From positions 721-64,720 of the forward strand of contig JBBIIP010000016.1 in assembly GCA_037446395.1 (NCBI GenBank): a stretch of DNA of 64,000 bases, in the 5' to 3' direction. The stretch comes from Lentimicrobiaceae bacterium. GTDB lineage: Bacteria > Bacteroidota > Bacteroidia > Bacteroidales > JAAYJT01. The position numbers and the translations under genes were made by a program. Under the pieces are notes generated by a model. That model was not told the origin of the DNA, did not search any database, and worked only from the letters and a program-made list of their open reading frames with translations. Below, in pieces: positions 9,563 through 20,539 of this stretch. Numbering within the stretch: position 1 is the stretch's first letter; the number at the start of each line of letters is the position of its first letter.

Positions 9563-10678
9563 ATGCCATTCCAAAATTACTCATTTATTAATCGGCGACA
9601 CACCTTCGTAGGCGATTTTGCGCATATGGCCCTGGCTAAATTTTTGAAAAATGGCATCCAGGGCTACTCTAAGGTTTTTGTGCTTACTGATCGAAACACC
9701 AAAAAGTACTGCCTGCCATGGTTGATGAACCATTTCAGATTGCCTGATGAGATCATTTTAGTGGAAATGGAAGCCGGTGAACTTCACAAAACCCTGGAAA
9801 CTTGCAGAGTGATATGGCGTGAATTGGCTCAAACTGGTGCTGACCGTAAGTCCCTACTGGTTTGCATCGGGGGAGGTGTGGTGTGCGACCTCGGCGGGTT
9901 TGTTGCCTCAGCCTATATGCGTGGAATCGCCTGCATTTATCTTCCAACTTCATTACTTGCCCAGATTGATGCATCTGTCGGAGGGAAAACTGGCGTTGAC
10001 CTCGATGGCTTAAAAAACTATATTGGGGCTTACTCAAAACCCAAAAAGATCTTCATTTTCCCTGAGTTTTTGAAGACCCTGCCATTTGAGCACCTGCTAT
10101 CGGGCTTTGGCGAGCTGGTAAAACATGCCCTTATCGAAGGACACGAAGAATGGGGCAGACTTAAAAACAGTTTTGCCAACATAGAAAGCTTGAAGAATTT
10201 TCCTCATTGGCAGGAACTCATCGCCCACTCAGTGGAATTGAAGCATAAAATCGTGAGCCTCGATCCAAGAGAAACAGGATCACGGAAAGTGCTAAACCTA
10301 GGCCACACCGTCGGACATGCACTTGAAACCTATTCCCTGCGCTATGACAAAAAACCGTTACTTCACGGCCATGCCATTGCGATTGGAATCATGGTTGAAC
10401 TTCAGCTTTCTGACCAAGCCATTGATTATGAAAATAGCCTAGTTCGGGAAATCACACAATATCTCATGACATTTTTCCCGAAATACAGTCTTAGATCCGA
10501 TCAGGTTGAAGCACTGATTGATTTGATGTTTTTTGATAAGAAAAACCATCGGGATCAACTTAATATGACCTTGCTGCGTGATATTGGTCAACCGGTAATA
10601 AATTGTCATTGCAGTGTTACAGAGGTTATTCATGCAATTCATAAATGCCCTGCCATCAACACAAATGCTGCAGGCTGA
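9563..10678 (+). CDS. aroB: 3-dehydroquinate synthase
   Basis: IGGGVVCDLGGF, PTSLLAQIDASVGGKTG, LNLGHTVGHALE, HGHAIAIG. Confidence 0.93.
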   Translation: MPFQNYSFINRRHTFVGDFAHMALAKFLKNGIQGYSKVFVLTDRNTKKYCLPWLMNHFRLPDEIILVEMEAGELHKTLETCRVIWRELAQTGADRKSLLVCIGGGVVCDLGGFVASAYMRGIACIYLPTSLLAQIDASVGGKTGVDLDGLKNYIGAYSKPKKIFIFPEFLKTLPFEHLLSGFGELVKHALIEGHEEWGRLKNSFANIESLKNFPHWQELIAHSVELKHKIVSLDPRETGSRKVLNLGHTVGHALETYSLRYDKKPLLHGHAIAIGIMVELQLSDQAIDYENSLVREITQYLMTFFPKYSLRSDQVEALIDLMFFDKKNHRDQLNMTLLRDIGQPVINCHCSVTEVIHAIHKCPAINTNAAG

Positions 10679-11474
10679 TCAGTCCCAACGCATTGCAAAA
10701 CAGACACATCCAACCTTAATGGTTTTTGATTTGCCTGCATCCCAGCGCATCAAAAACAAACCGATGCCTATATTATCAAAGTTTTTCGGTTGGATGCATG
10801 AGCAGAAGAAACCTTTCATCCCTACACGATACAATTTTGCAGCGCCCACGGGTTAAGATAATTTAAAACCAATAATTAATAAGTAATTCATTGGAATTGC
10901 TTGTGCTGATACCGAGAATGAAGGCATTCAGGTTTTTGCCGACATTTGTGCGTTTTCAGAAAGGGCAATACAATTCCAAGCTGCTTGTTTTCCTGTTCGG
11001 GGTGGTGGCACAGGACAAGATTGCTGGAATTATCAAGAAATCCAAGAATGTTTTTGGCTATAAAAGCTTTCTTCAACTTGGACTAATGTATAGCTTTCGC
11101 ATCACCCTGTCCCAGATGCAACACTCACAGCAATTTATGTTTTCCAGGATTTTCCTTCAAACCATTTGATTTTTTGGATATTCGCCAAACCATAATGAGT
11201 TGCAGAGTAACTGCAAATACTAAATGGAGGCAGATATGTTTGAAGAATTCAGGTTGAAGAAGACATTATTAAACTTAAGGCTAGCTAAATCAAATAGTTA
11301 GGTTTATTTGCACTTGCGGTAAAGTATTCTGGGGTTAATTTATAATTTAGCTGATTGATACAATATCCACACTCACTTTATAATTTTTGGATAGAAGAAA
11401 ATCGAAGGCAATAAATCATGAATCAATACAATATTTGAGTATTTTTGCCCTCGCTTTGGATTGGCAGCAACCAC

Positions 11475-12194
11475 ATGACCATAGACATCTTCATCCCCTG
11501 TTTTATTGACCAGTTTTATCCCGAAACTGGGTTCAATATGCTTCGTATCTTAGAAAAACTCGGGGTGGATGCCCACTACAACAAGAAACAACAGTGCTGT
11601 GGCCAGGTGGCATTTAATTCAGGATTTTGGGATGAAGCCAAAGCCATTGGGGAAAAATTTATAAGGAGCCATAGCAACAACCGCCTTGTCGTTACACCCT
11701 CGGCTTCTTGTGCAGGGATGGTGAGAAATAATTATAATGAGCTTTTCTACAATTCAGCACTCCATATCGAATACAGGCAGCTACAGAAAAATATTTTAGA
11801 ATTTACAGATTTTTTGGTGAATATTCTAAAAGTCTATGATGTCGAGGCCATCTTTAATCATGTGGTTACCTATCATGACAGCTGCTCTGCCTTACGTGAA
11901 TACGGCATTAAGACAGAACCCCGAGTATTGCTGCAGCATGTGCGTGGCCTGGAGCTTCGCGAAATGCAGCATACTGACGAATGTTGCGGATTTGGCGGAA
12001 TATTCTCTGTTAAAAACGAAGCCATAGCAGTAGCCATGGCAGAACAAAAAGTTGAGAATGCCCTTGCTACAGGTGCCGAGTATATCATTTCGACTGATGC
12101 ATCCTGTCTTATGCACCTTGACGGTTATATTAAAAAACACAAGCTCCCTCTGAAAACCGCCCACATTGTAGATGTTCTTGCTACCGGATGCTGA
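11475..12194 (+). CDS. Cysteine-rich CCG-domain Fe-S protein (LutA/YkgE-like)
   Basis: FIPCFID, QQCCGQ, SASCAGM, YHDSC, ECCGFGG, DASCLMH; TATTTTTG at 11440-11447 supports ATG 11475. Confidence 0.85.
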   Translation: MTIDIFIPCFIDQFYPETGFNMLRILEKLGVDAHYNKKQQCCGQVAFNSGFWDEAKAIGEKFIRSHSNNRLVVTPSASCAGMVRNNYNELFYNSALHIEYRQLQKNILEFTDFLVNILKVYDVEAIFNHVVTYHDSCSALREYGIKTEPRVLLQHVRGLELREMQHTDECCGFGGIFSVKNEAIAVAMAEQKVENALATGAEYIISTDASCLMHLDGYIKKHKLPLKTAHIVDVLATGC

Positions 12195-15100
12195 CCATGA
12201 CACCACTAAAATCACAAAATCCTGGCATAATGACAATTGCATTAGTGAAGACTTCCATTATGCTGTTGATTTTGGCTGTAATCTATTCGGAAAGTCTTGT
12301 GGCTCAGCATGAACCCATAGCCTCCGGCAATCGATGGTCTTTTCATGATACTGTGAATGTCGCAAATCAATTTGCTGATAAAACCTATTTTTTCGAAGAG
12401 CACACAACCCTTTTTGAAAAGATATACACGATAGACTTGTTGTTTCAGCTCGAGTATATAAAAGCCACGCTTGAAGGTATATCTCAACATTCTACCACAT
12501 TTTCTTTGCCTCTCAATCATTCGCCCGAACAATTAGAAGCTGACCTTGAAATTATCAGGAGAAAAGTTGATCACGCTTCTGCGAAATGGAACAAACAAAA
12601 TCAAGGCTTTTATATGTCAGGGTGTATTGACAGGCTTGATCAAAATTTGATGAATAGAATTATGGGGATACGCGCTGCAAATGATTCCTGTCATAAATCG
12701 TTTGCTTTCTGCACCGGAACCACTTATAATTATCCGGCAGGAGTAAATTCGGGTAGTGCACAGGCAGGCGCTGCTTATGGTTGCCTTGCTACCAGGCCAA
12801 ATCCCGCCTGGTATCACCTTCGGATCGGCAGAGGCGGAAACATACTAATAACGATGCAGAGCAATCCACTCAGGGATATTGACTACATCTGCTGGGGGCC
12901 GTTCAATTCCCCGACAGCCCCTTGCGTTGGGCAGCTCACAGCCAATAAAATTGTTTCGTGCAGCTACTCTTCTTCTGCCACTGAGGTATGTAACATTCCA
13001 AATGCACAGCTCGGAGAGTACTATATATTGCTGATAACCAACTTTTCGAACAACAACTGTAATATTAATTTTTCTCAGACCGGAGGAACCGGAGGAACCG
13101 ATTGCACCATTGTTCCACCTCCGATTTCAAACAACGGGCCTTTGTGTATAGGAGAGACCTTGCAATTAGGCGTTCAAAACCCCATACCTGGTTCAACCTA
13201 TAGTTGGACTGGGCCCAATGGATGGACTTCTACATTACCAACCCCGTCAATTTCAAATGTCAATCTGGCCCATGCCGGCACTTATACCCTTATCATTACT
13301 TTAAACACACTGCAGAGCCAGCCGGTTTCTACGCTTGTTGAAGTCGGAGTGCCACCCACCCCCAGCGTCACAGGGCCACTTCGGGCCTGTGCTGAGAGCA
13401 TTCAGAATTACACGGTTCAGGCGCCAATTCAGGGAAATACATATCAGTGGCAGGTTACAGGGGGTAATATAGATTCCGGGCAAGGAACAGCCATTGTAGC
13501 GATAAAGTGGGTAAACGCAAGCCAAGGCACCCTGAGGGTTCTTGAAAGTTCATATCATTGTAAAAATATTCCATCGCCTCAAATTCAAATAACAATAGAC
13601 CCTTTGCCGGCGATTGCTGCCACCCCGTCAGGGCCTGTTGAAGTATGCACGAACGGACAAATCACAAATTACACAGTAAGCCCGGCTGCAAATACACTTA
13701 GCTATCGGTGGGAGCTTTTACCTTCGAACGCTGGTACTATCAGTGGAACCACTACTTTAGCACAAGTACATTGGGCAACACAGTTTACGGGCCAGGCAAC
13801 AATTCGGGTAAGAGGGATTAATGATTGTGGAAACGGAGGCTTTTCTCAGCAATTGCTCATCTCTGTCAACCCATTTCCGTCTCAACCATCAGTTCCGGTT
13901 GGCATTACAGAGCGTTGCCAAAGCAGTCAGACCTCAAACTATACAATCAGTGTGGCACCCAATGCGATGACATACTCCTGGGAGTTGGCTCCTTCTGCTG
14001 CTGGCAGCATCAGCGGAACCACTACTGTGGCGCAGGTTCAATGGTCGGCCCAATTTGCAGGGCAAGCCACAATCAGAGTAAGGGGTAATAATGACTGCGG
14101 CCAGGGAATCTATTCGCAGCCGCTGCAGATTCAGGTCAATCCTCTTCCTACGCAGCCAGCCACTCCCACAGGACCTGTTCAATTTTGTCAAGGCACTCAG
14201 GTGAGCACGTATTCGGTACTACCGGCAAACAATGCCACCACCTACACATGGGAACTTAGTCCAACCAATGCAGGCACCCTCAGCGGAACAACCACACAAG
14301 CCCAGGTGCAATGGTCGGCACAATACGCAGGGCAAGCTACTGTCAGGGTAAGAGGAAATAATGATTGCGGACCGGGAGCATTTTCGCCGCAATTGCAAGT
14401 GGTGCTGAAACCAAAACCCGCGAGCAATGCCGGAACTGATATCACAATAGCACATGGCACAAACACCACACTGCAAGGAAGTGCTGCAGGAGGGTCTGCT
14501 CCGTACTCATATCAATGGCAACCCGCATCGCTACTCATTGATTCTCAGCTTCCGTCTCCCAAAACTCGTAACCTATACGCTACAACTACATTCACACTTA
14601 CCGTGACCGATGCATTTGGCTGCCAAAGTGCCGTAGATGAAGTCATCATTTTCATTACGGGAGTTGCTCTGTCGGCTAACCCTACGGCTCAAAAAGATAT
14701 CATTTGCTTGAACGACTCAACCCGGCTGTTTACGAATCCAATTGGGGGTTCAGGGCAGTATCAATCCTATGCCTGGACATCTAATCCGCCGGGGTTTACT
14801 TCAAACCTGGCTTCTCCCTGGGTAAAACCCTCAATTAATACCACCTACCTAGTAAGTATCTGGGATGGATACAACCAATCTCAGCCCAAAGGAGTATTGG
14901 TGCAGGTTACACCCTTGCCCATCATTAATCTTATTCCACCTGGTTATACACAAATCTTGCCTAATACAATAAGAACCTGTGTATTTGATTCACTAACCCT
15001 GAATGCTGGAAACCCCGGTGCTACCTATCTTTGGTCGAATGGTGCAACAACACGAACCATTAAAGTGGGCACTGCAGGAATAGTAAATGAAATACAGAGA

Positions 15101-15451
15101 CATTCGGTGAAGGTAACAAACAGCCAGGGTTGTTTCTCAGAATCCAACATAACCATATTGTTCAATTTTGCCGATTGCACCGGCGTTGGAATTGTTGACA
15201 TTGAAGGTGAAAAAGTGGTTATGTTTCCAAACCCTGCTGGCCATTTTATTCATCTTAAATTTTCATTTCCGGGTGCCTTTGATCAGTACATTATTCTTGA
15301 TTTTAGAGGAGCTACCATGCTGGCAGGTCAAATTCTTCCGGGCCAACAGGAAACAATGATTAACATTGGTTCACTCAGGAATGGAGTGTATGTTGTTCGG
15401 CTGACTTCACAGCAGCAGACTTTGAACATGAAACTCATCGTTAACAAATAG
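12188..15451 (+). CDS. Large secreted protein with Ig/PKD-like repeats and T9SS type A C-terminal sorting domain
   Basis: Signal-like N-terminus, Cys/Thr/Gly-rich beta repeats, C-terminal FPNPA...LRNGVYVVRL...MKLIVNK; true start may be a later ATG. Confidence 0.85.
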   Translation: MLTMTPLKSQNPGIMTIALVKTSIMLLILAVIYSESLVAQHEPIASGNRWSFHDTVNVANQFADKTYFFEEHTTLFEKIYTIDLLFQLEYIKATLEGISQHSTTFSLPLNHSPEQLEADLEIIRRKVDHASAKWNKQNQGFYMSGCIDRLDQNLMNRIMGIRAANDSCHKSFAFCTGTTYNYPAGVNSGSAQAGAAYGCLATRPNPAWYHLRIGRGGNILITMQSNPLRDIDYICWGPFNSPTAPCVGQLTANKIVSCSYSSSATEVCNIPNAQLGEYYILLITNFSNNNCNINFSQTGGTGGTDCTIVPPPISNNGPLCIGETLQLGVQNPIPGSTYSWTGPNGWTSTLPTPSISNVNLAHAGTYTLIITLNTLQSQPVSTLVEVGVPPTPSVTGPLRACAESIQNYTVQAPIQGNTYQWQVTGGNIDSGQGTAIVAIKWVNASQGTLRVLESSYHCKNIPSPQIQITIDPLPAIAATPSGPVEVCTNGQITNYTVSPAANTLSYRWELLPSNAGTISGTTTLAQVHWATQFTGQATIRVRGINDCGNGGFSQQLLISVNPFPSQPSVPVGITERCQSSQTSNYTISVAPNAMTYSWELAPSAAGSISGTTTVAQVQWSAQFAGQATIRVRGNNDCGQGIYSQPLQIQVNPLPTQPATPTGPVQFCQGTQVSTYSVLPANNATTYTWELSPTNAGTLSGTTTQAQVQWSAQYAGQATVRVRGNNDCGPGAFSPQLQVVLKPKPASNAGTDITIAHGTNTTLQGSAAGGSAPYSYQWQPASLLIDSQLPSPKTRNLYATTTFTLTVTDAFGCQSAVDEVIIFITGVALSANPTAQKDIICLNDSTRLFTNPIGGSGQYQSYAWTSNPPGFTSNLASPWVKPSINTTYLVSIWDGYNQSQPKGVLVQVTPLPIINLIPPGYTQILPNTIRTCVFDSLTLNAGNPGATYLWSNGATTRTIKVGTAGIVNEIQRHSVKVTNSQGCFSESNITILFNFADCTGVGIVDIEGEKVVMFPNPAGHFIHLKFSFPGAFDQYIILDFRGATMLAGQILPGQQETMINIGSLRNGVYVVRLTSQQQTLNMKLIVNK
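13601..14410 (+). repeat. Three tandem 270-bp intragenic repeats (90-aa Ig/PKD-like domains)
   Basis: Units start at 13601, 13871, 14141; shared WEL.P..AG..SGTTT.AQV.W..Q..GQAT.RVRG.NDCG. Confidence 0.9.
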
Positions 15452-15499
15452 TCCTATGCGGTTTTTGGATATTATCAGGACATCAAACAGCCATTTTGA

Positions 15500-17488
15500 A
15501 TGAAATTGTATTTCTTTCTCATATTGTGTTTTATCTTCCCTTCGTACTCTTTTTCTCAGGATTGTGTTGTTGATAAGCCCATCAGATTTGCTGATAATTG
15601 GTTATTCCAGGATCGTGCTGCCCTGAAATTTTCCGACAACGGGGTAACCTCAAATACAAGCAATACTAAACTGAATATTGGAAAAGCAAGTAGCTCCATC
15701 AGCGATGCGGATGGAACGCTTTTGCTCTTTACTGATGGGAAAAGGGTATTTAATGGCAATTTCACCGAATTAGCAAACGATTTGCATGGTAATCCCAATG
15801 CAACACAATCCTCAATCATCATTCCCAAGCCAGGATCACCCTCACGGTTTTTTATTTTTACTGTTGACCAATACCTTGCTTTCTTAGGCATACCTTTGGG
15901 AGAAAATAACGGATTTAGATATTCCGAGGTTGATATAAGTGGCGGGGGATCAGTGATTCGGAGGAATTTTGCGCTTAAACCCAGAGTTTCTGAAAAGCTT
16001 ACTGCTGTTCTGCATAATAATGGCATAGACTACTGGGTGATTACACACGACCTCATCTCTGATGAATTCTATACTTACCTCGTTAGCAAAGAAGGCGTTT
16101 CAAGCACGCCTGTGGTAAGCAAAACAGGCACAGCACATGATGGCGAAGATTTTAGCACAGATAATGCATTAGGATATTTGAAGGCCTCTCCCGATGGAAA
16201 CCGTCTTGCACTTGCAATATACGGTCAGAAAAAGATTGAAGTTTTTTCTTTCAACAACACAACAGGTGTGGTTTCGGCCCCGGTGACTAAAAGTTCTCCA
16301 GTATCGAATCTGAAACCTTATGGAATAGAATTCTCGCCCGATAGCCGCTTTCTTTACCTTACCACTTTAAACTTATCCAATCCCTCTAGTTCGGGCAGTC
16401 TTTATCAGTATGATCTTAATGATTTGAATATTAATCCAGTATGGATCAACGAAACAATGCCAAAAGATGTTATCGGCTTGCAGCTTGGGCGCGATGGGAG
16501 AATTTATGTTGCCCGATATAACCAAAACAGTTTAGGGGTTATTAATAATCCCAAACGGCCAGGGTTGGCATGTAATTATAGTGAAAATGGCATATCCCTT
16601 GGAAGCAGCAAAGCCACAATGGGGCTCCCAAACTTTGTTACATCCTATCTGCAGTCCCCTCATTTTTGGTCCGATCCCAAATGCATGCATTCGCCCACAA
16701 CCTTTACTATTTTGAATAAAACGAATGTTGACAGTGTTTCGTGGGTATTCAATGACCCGGGGCCTAATCCGTTTGTATCTGCTTCGACTCTTTATAACCA
16801 TACGTTTACTTCTTCAGGAAATTTCCAGGTTGAAGTAACCGAAGTATTTAATAATGCGCGTTTTGGGCCTTACAAGCAAACAATTACCATCAATGCCAAC
16901 CCCACAAACCTGATTCCCGGTATCCCTGATATTTTATGGCTTTATCCAGATACTCACCATACCCTGAACGGAGGAACTGATCCCTTTAGGAGGCCTTATC
17001 CAGCCTACAGTTGGTATTATTTAAAAGAATTGAATGGCCCTGCCGTTCCGATCAGTGACCAGGGCTCTATTTCCATTTTTGCAGGCAATGATGCCGAAGG
17101 GTACTACAAGTTGATAGTTGAAGACAAAAATTGTTGCAAAAACGAAAGAATTATCGAGATAAGAACCGAAGAGTTAAAAACCACAAATGCGTTTAATCCG
17201 AATAGTCATATTGCTGAAAACCAGGTATTCAGACCACATGGCGGACCTGTTTCGGACTATGTAATCCGAATATTTAACAGGCTCGGACAGTTGGTTTACA
17301 GCGAAGAGAACCCCGCAAATACGGCTCAAGGTGGTTACAAAGGAAACGGATGGAACGGGAAGATGTTGAACACCGGCTTCGACTGCCCGGCCGGAGTTTA
17401 TGTGTACCAAATTTCCTATAAAATCTTTGATAAAGATGCATATTTATCTGTACCTCCTAAATCGGGCATTGTGATGCTGGTCCGTTAA
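15500..17488 (+). CDS. Secreted beta-propeller/PKD protein with T9SS type B (gliding-motility-associated) C-terminal domain
   Basis: Signal peptide; ASPDG and FSPDS propeller blades; C-terminal NAFNPN...IFNRLGQLVY...GWNG...GVYVYQI...GIVMLVR. Confidence 0.85.
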   Translation: MKLYFFLILCFIFPSYSFSQDCVVDKPIRFADNWLFQDRAALKFSDNGVTSNTSNTKLNIGKASSSISDADGTLLLFTDGKRVFNGNFTELANDLHGNPNATQSSIIIPKPGSPSRFFIFTVDQYLAFLGIPLGENNGFRYSEVDISGGGSVIRRNFALKPRVSEKLTAVLHNNGIDYWVITHDLISDEFYTYLVSKEGVSSTPVVSKTGTAHDGEDFSTDNALGYLKASPDGNRLALAIYGQKKIEVFSFNNTTGVVSAPVTKSSPVSNLKPYGIEFSPDSRFLYLTTLNLSNPSSSGSLYQYDLNDLNINPVWINETMPKDVIGLQLGRDGRIYVARYNQNSLGVINNPKRPGLACNYSENGISLGSSKATMGLPNFVTSYLQSPHFWSDPKCMHSPTTFTILNKTNVDSVSWVFNDPGPNPFVSASTLYNHTFTSSGNFQVEVTEVFNNARFGPYKQTITINANPTNLIPGIPDILWLYPDTHHTLNGGTDPFRRPYPAYSWYYLKELNGPAVPISDQGSISIFAGNDAEGYYKLIVEDKNCCKNERIIEIRTEELKTTNAFNPNSHIAENQVFRPHGGPVSDYVIRIFNRLGQLVYSEENPANTAQGGYKGNGWNGKMLNTGFDCPAGVYVYQISYKIFDKDAYLSVPPKSGIVMLVR

Positions 17489-17512
17489 AAATTTAACCAT
17501 TTGGTAGTTGTC

Positions 17513-19654
17513 ATGGAGATGAAATTTGCAGCCACCATTGCAAGGGAACTAGGCCTTGATTTAAATGCTGTGGAAAGCACTCTTCGGTTGCTAATTTCCG
17601 GTGCTACCATTCCCTTCATTGCCCGCTATCGCAAGGAGTGGACCGGGAGCCTCGACGAAATAAAACTTGCCGCCATTCGTGACCGGGCGATTGCACTTGG
17701 AGTTATTGAAAAGAGACGCACATCCGTTCTTGAAACTATTCGAGAACAGGGAAACCTCACACCTGAATTAGAGAAGCAAATACTTGCAGCCCAAACCCTG
17801 GCCGAAATTGAAGACTTGTACCTGCCTTATCGCCCCAAAAGAAAAACCAGGGCAAGTGTGGCCATCGTCAGGGGACTGGAACCATTGGCAAAAATTATTA
17901 TATCGCAGCACGACAGAGATATACATAAAATTGCCGCGCAGTTTATAGACACTTCAAAAGAAGTAAACAATGTTGATGAGGCATTGGCCGGGGCCCGCGA
18001 TATCATTTCCGAGTGGGTGAATGAAAATGCAGTTGCACGCCAGCGCTTGCGATTGCTCTTCGGAAAGGAAGGTATAATACATTCCAAAGTGATTAAAAAT
18101 AAAGAGGCTGATGCCGCAAAATATCGCGATTACTTTTTATGGAGCGAACCGGCAAGTCGAGCCCCCTCGCACCGATTGCTGGCAATGTTTCGGGGCGAGT
18201 CCGAAAAGTTTCTTCGCCTCGATATTTGCCCACCCGAAGATATGGCGATAGCACTGCTTGAAAAGATATTTGTCAAGTCAAACAATGAATCTTCAAAACA
18301 GGTTCAACTGGCTCTGACCGACAGCTACAAAAGGCTGATTCAGCCTTCAATGGAAACCGAGGTGCGCAATCAACTCAAAGAAAAAGCTGATCGGGCGGCC
18401 ATTCAGATTTTTGCTGACAACCTGCGGCAATTGCTGCTTGCACCACCGCTTGGCCAAAAACGGGTGCTCGCCATAGACCCTGGATATAGGTCTGGGTGCA
18501 AACTTGTTTGTTTGGATGCACAAGGAAACCTGCTGCACAACGAAACCATTTATCCTCATCCGCCCCAAAGCGAAGTTGGAGCAGCAATCAAAAAAATTAT
18601 AAACCTTGTTAATGCTTACAAGATTGAAGCAATCAGCATAGGCAATGGCACTGCCAGCCGCGAAACCGAGAACCTTATCCGCCGGTTGCGGTTTGACCGC
18701 GACCTGACGGTAGTGGTTGTGAATGAATCTGGTGCTTCAGTCTACTCTGCCTCGGCAATTGCCCGAGAGGAGTTTCCCGACTACGATGTGACTGTCAGGG
18801 GGGCGGTGTCGATTGGCCGAAGGCTGATGGATCCGCTTGCAGAACTGGTAAAAATTGATCCAAAATCTGTTGGCGTTGGACAGTATCAGCACGACGTTGA
18901 CCAGAAAGAACTGATGAACAGCCTGAAAGATGTGGTCGAAAGCTGTGTGAACCAGGTAGGTGTGGATTTAAACACGGCCAGCAAGGAGTTGCTCACCTAT
19001 GTTTCGGGTGTGGGGCCTGCATTGGCCGAAGCGTTGGTTCAATTCAGGGCAAAATGCGGAGCGTTTCGAAGCCGGCAGGAGTTGATTCATGTACCCCGCT
19101 TTGGCAGCAAATCCTTCGAACAGGCTGCAGGATTCCTGCGCATAAATGGTGGCATTAACCCGTTGGATGCCAGCGCTGTACATCCGGAAAGCTATCATAT
19201 CGTAGATCGGATGGCGCAATCACTTGGAATTACTGTTCAGGAGTTAATGATAGACAAATCGCAACGCCAGAAAATTGAGCCGGCTCAATTTACAGACGAT
19301 AAGGCCGGTTTGCCCACCCTCCTCGACATAATGAAAGAACTTGAAAAGCCGGGGCGCGACCCTCGTGAAAGTTTTGATCTCTTTTCGTTCGACCCCGACG
19401 TACATTCAATTCAGGACCTAAAAGCAGGGATGGTTCTTTCGGGCATTGTTACCAATATAACTGCGTTTGGAGCGTTTGTTGATATTGGCGTGCATCAGGA
19501 CGGGCTTGTTCATGTAAGTCAACTAGCAAACCGCTTTGTTTCAGATCCGGCCGAGGTTGTTAAAATCTACCAAAAAGTGAAAGTGAAAGTGCTGGATGTG
19601 GATCTTGAACGAAAACGCATTCAACTTTCAATGAAAGAAGCATCCCAGTCCTGA
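17513..19654 (+). CDS. tex: Tex family RNA-binding transcriptional accessory protein
   Basis: GATIPFIARYRKE, EDLYLPYRPKR, IDPGYRSGCK, VNESGASVYSAS, C-terminal S1 domain. Confidence 0.95.
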   Translation: MEMKFAATIARELGLDLNAVESTLRLLISGATIPFIARYRKEWTGSLDEIKLAAIRDRAIALGVIEKRRTSVLETIREQGNLTPELEKQILAAQTLAEIEDLYLPYRPKRKTRASVAIVRGLEPLAKIIISQHDRDIHKIAAQFIDTSKEVNNVDEALAGARDIISEWVNENAVARQRLRLLFGKEGIIHSKVIKNKEADAAKYRDYFLWSEPASRAPSHRLLAMFRGESEKFLRLDICPPEDMAIALLEKIFVKSNNESSKQVQLALTDSYKRLIQPSMETEVRNQLKEKADRAAIQIFADNLRQLLLAPPLGQKRVLAIDPGYRSGCKLVCLDAQGNLLHNETIYPHPPQSEVGAAIKKIINLVNAYKIEAISIGNGTASRETENLIRRLRFDRDLTVVVVNESGASVYSASAIAREEFPDYDVTVRGAVSIGRRLMDPLAELVKIDPKSVGVGQYQHDVDQKELMNSLKDVVESCVNQVGVDLNTASKELLTYVSGVGPALAEALVQFRAKCGAFRSRQELIHVPRFGSKSFEQAAGFLRINGGINPLDASAVHPESYHIVDRMAQSLGITVQELMIDKSQRQKIEPAQFTDDKAGLPTLLDIMKELEKPGRDPRESFDLFSFDPDVHSIQDLKAGMVLSGIVTNITAFGAFVDIGVHQDGLVHVSQLANRFVSDPAEVVKIYQKVKVKVLDVDLERKRIQLSMKEASQS

Positions 19655-19689
19655 TTAAGTTTCAGAAATAATTATTAGCATTGCACTTG

Positions 19690-20505
19690 ATGAAGCAGAT
19701 CACAACAGCAAGGTCAATCGTTTTCTTTCTGACTTGCCTGGCGTTTATCTGCCAGCAAAACAGAGCCTATTCGCAATCCGGCTCAAAACTGGAAAGAAGA
19801 GCTGACCAGGGCCTCGCAAAAACAAGAAAAGTTGCTTTTGGCTTTGAGGTAAAGCCCATCATCCCGAGTGCAATTTTCAGAATCAAAACTGATGTGGTGA
19901 AGGTAGATGATGTTGTTTTTACTATTAGCCCCATGCCGGGATACACCTATGGCGCATTTCTGAGCTTCAACCTCTCTCAAAGGTTTTCGCTCGAAACTGG
20001 AATCAACTACATCAATCGCGATTTTAGCATCAGTGTTGAAGATAAGGACGTCAAAACCAGCCTGCAATTTACCGCCGATAATTATGAAATGCCTTTAATC
20101 CCCACCTACTATATACGGTTGGGAAAAAACATTTATATGGGGCACTCGGCAGGCATATCATTCCAAATTCTTCCCAGTCACCTCGCATCTATTATAAAAG
20201 AAAAAGACAGCACCGGCACGATTACCCGGTCCCTTGAGCAAATTTCCAGGCGAAAATACTGGTTAATGCCAGCCTATAGAGGAGGAATTGGCTGGGAATA
20301 CAGAACCGAAGAAAATGGATACATCTATCTGGGAACCACTTACATGCTTTTTACTGCCTTATACAAAACCCGCCTGTTCTATAACAGAGGGCAGGTTGAT
20401 ATTAAATACCTGGATGTGAAACCAATCGGTGATTTCTTTGGAATCACGGTTCGGTATGTTTTTCCTCCGACTGAAATGTTTAAAAGGGAAAAATTACGCC
20501 GATAA
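19690..20505 (+). CDS. Putative outer-membrane beta-barrel protein
   Basis: Signal peptide, alternating aromatic beta strands, terminal GITVRYVF. Confidence 0.6.
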   Translation: MKQITTARSIVFFLTCLAFICQQNRAYSQSGSKLERRADQGLAKTRKVAFGFEVKPIIPSAIFRIKTDVVKVDDVVFTISPMPGYTYGAFLSFNLSQRFSLETGINYINRDFSISVEDKDVKTSLQFTADNYEMPLIPTYYIRLGKNIYMGHSAGISFQILPSHLASIIKEKDSTGTITRSLEQISRRKYWLMPAYRGGIGWEYRTEENGYIYLGTTYMLFTALYKTRLFYNRGQVDIKYLDVKPIGDFFGITVRYVFPPTEMFKREKLRR

Positions 20506-20539
20506 GCATGTTGCAAACATGATTTTTCTACCCTTTCAG

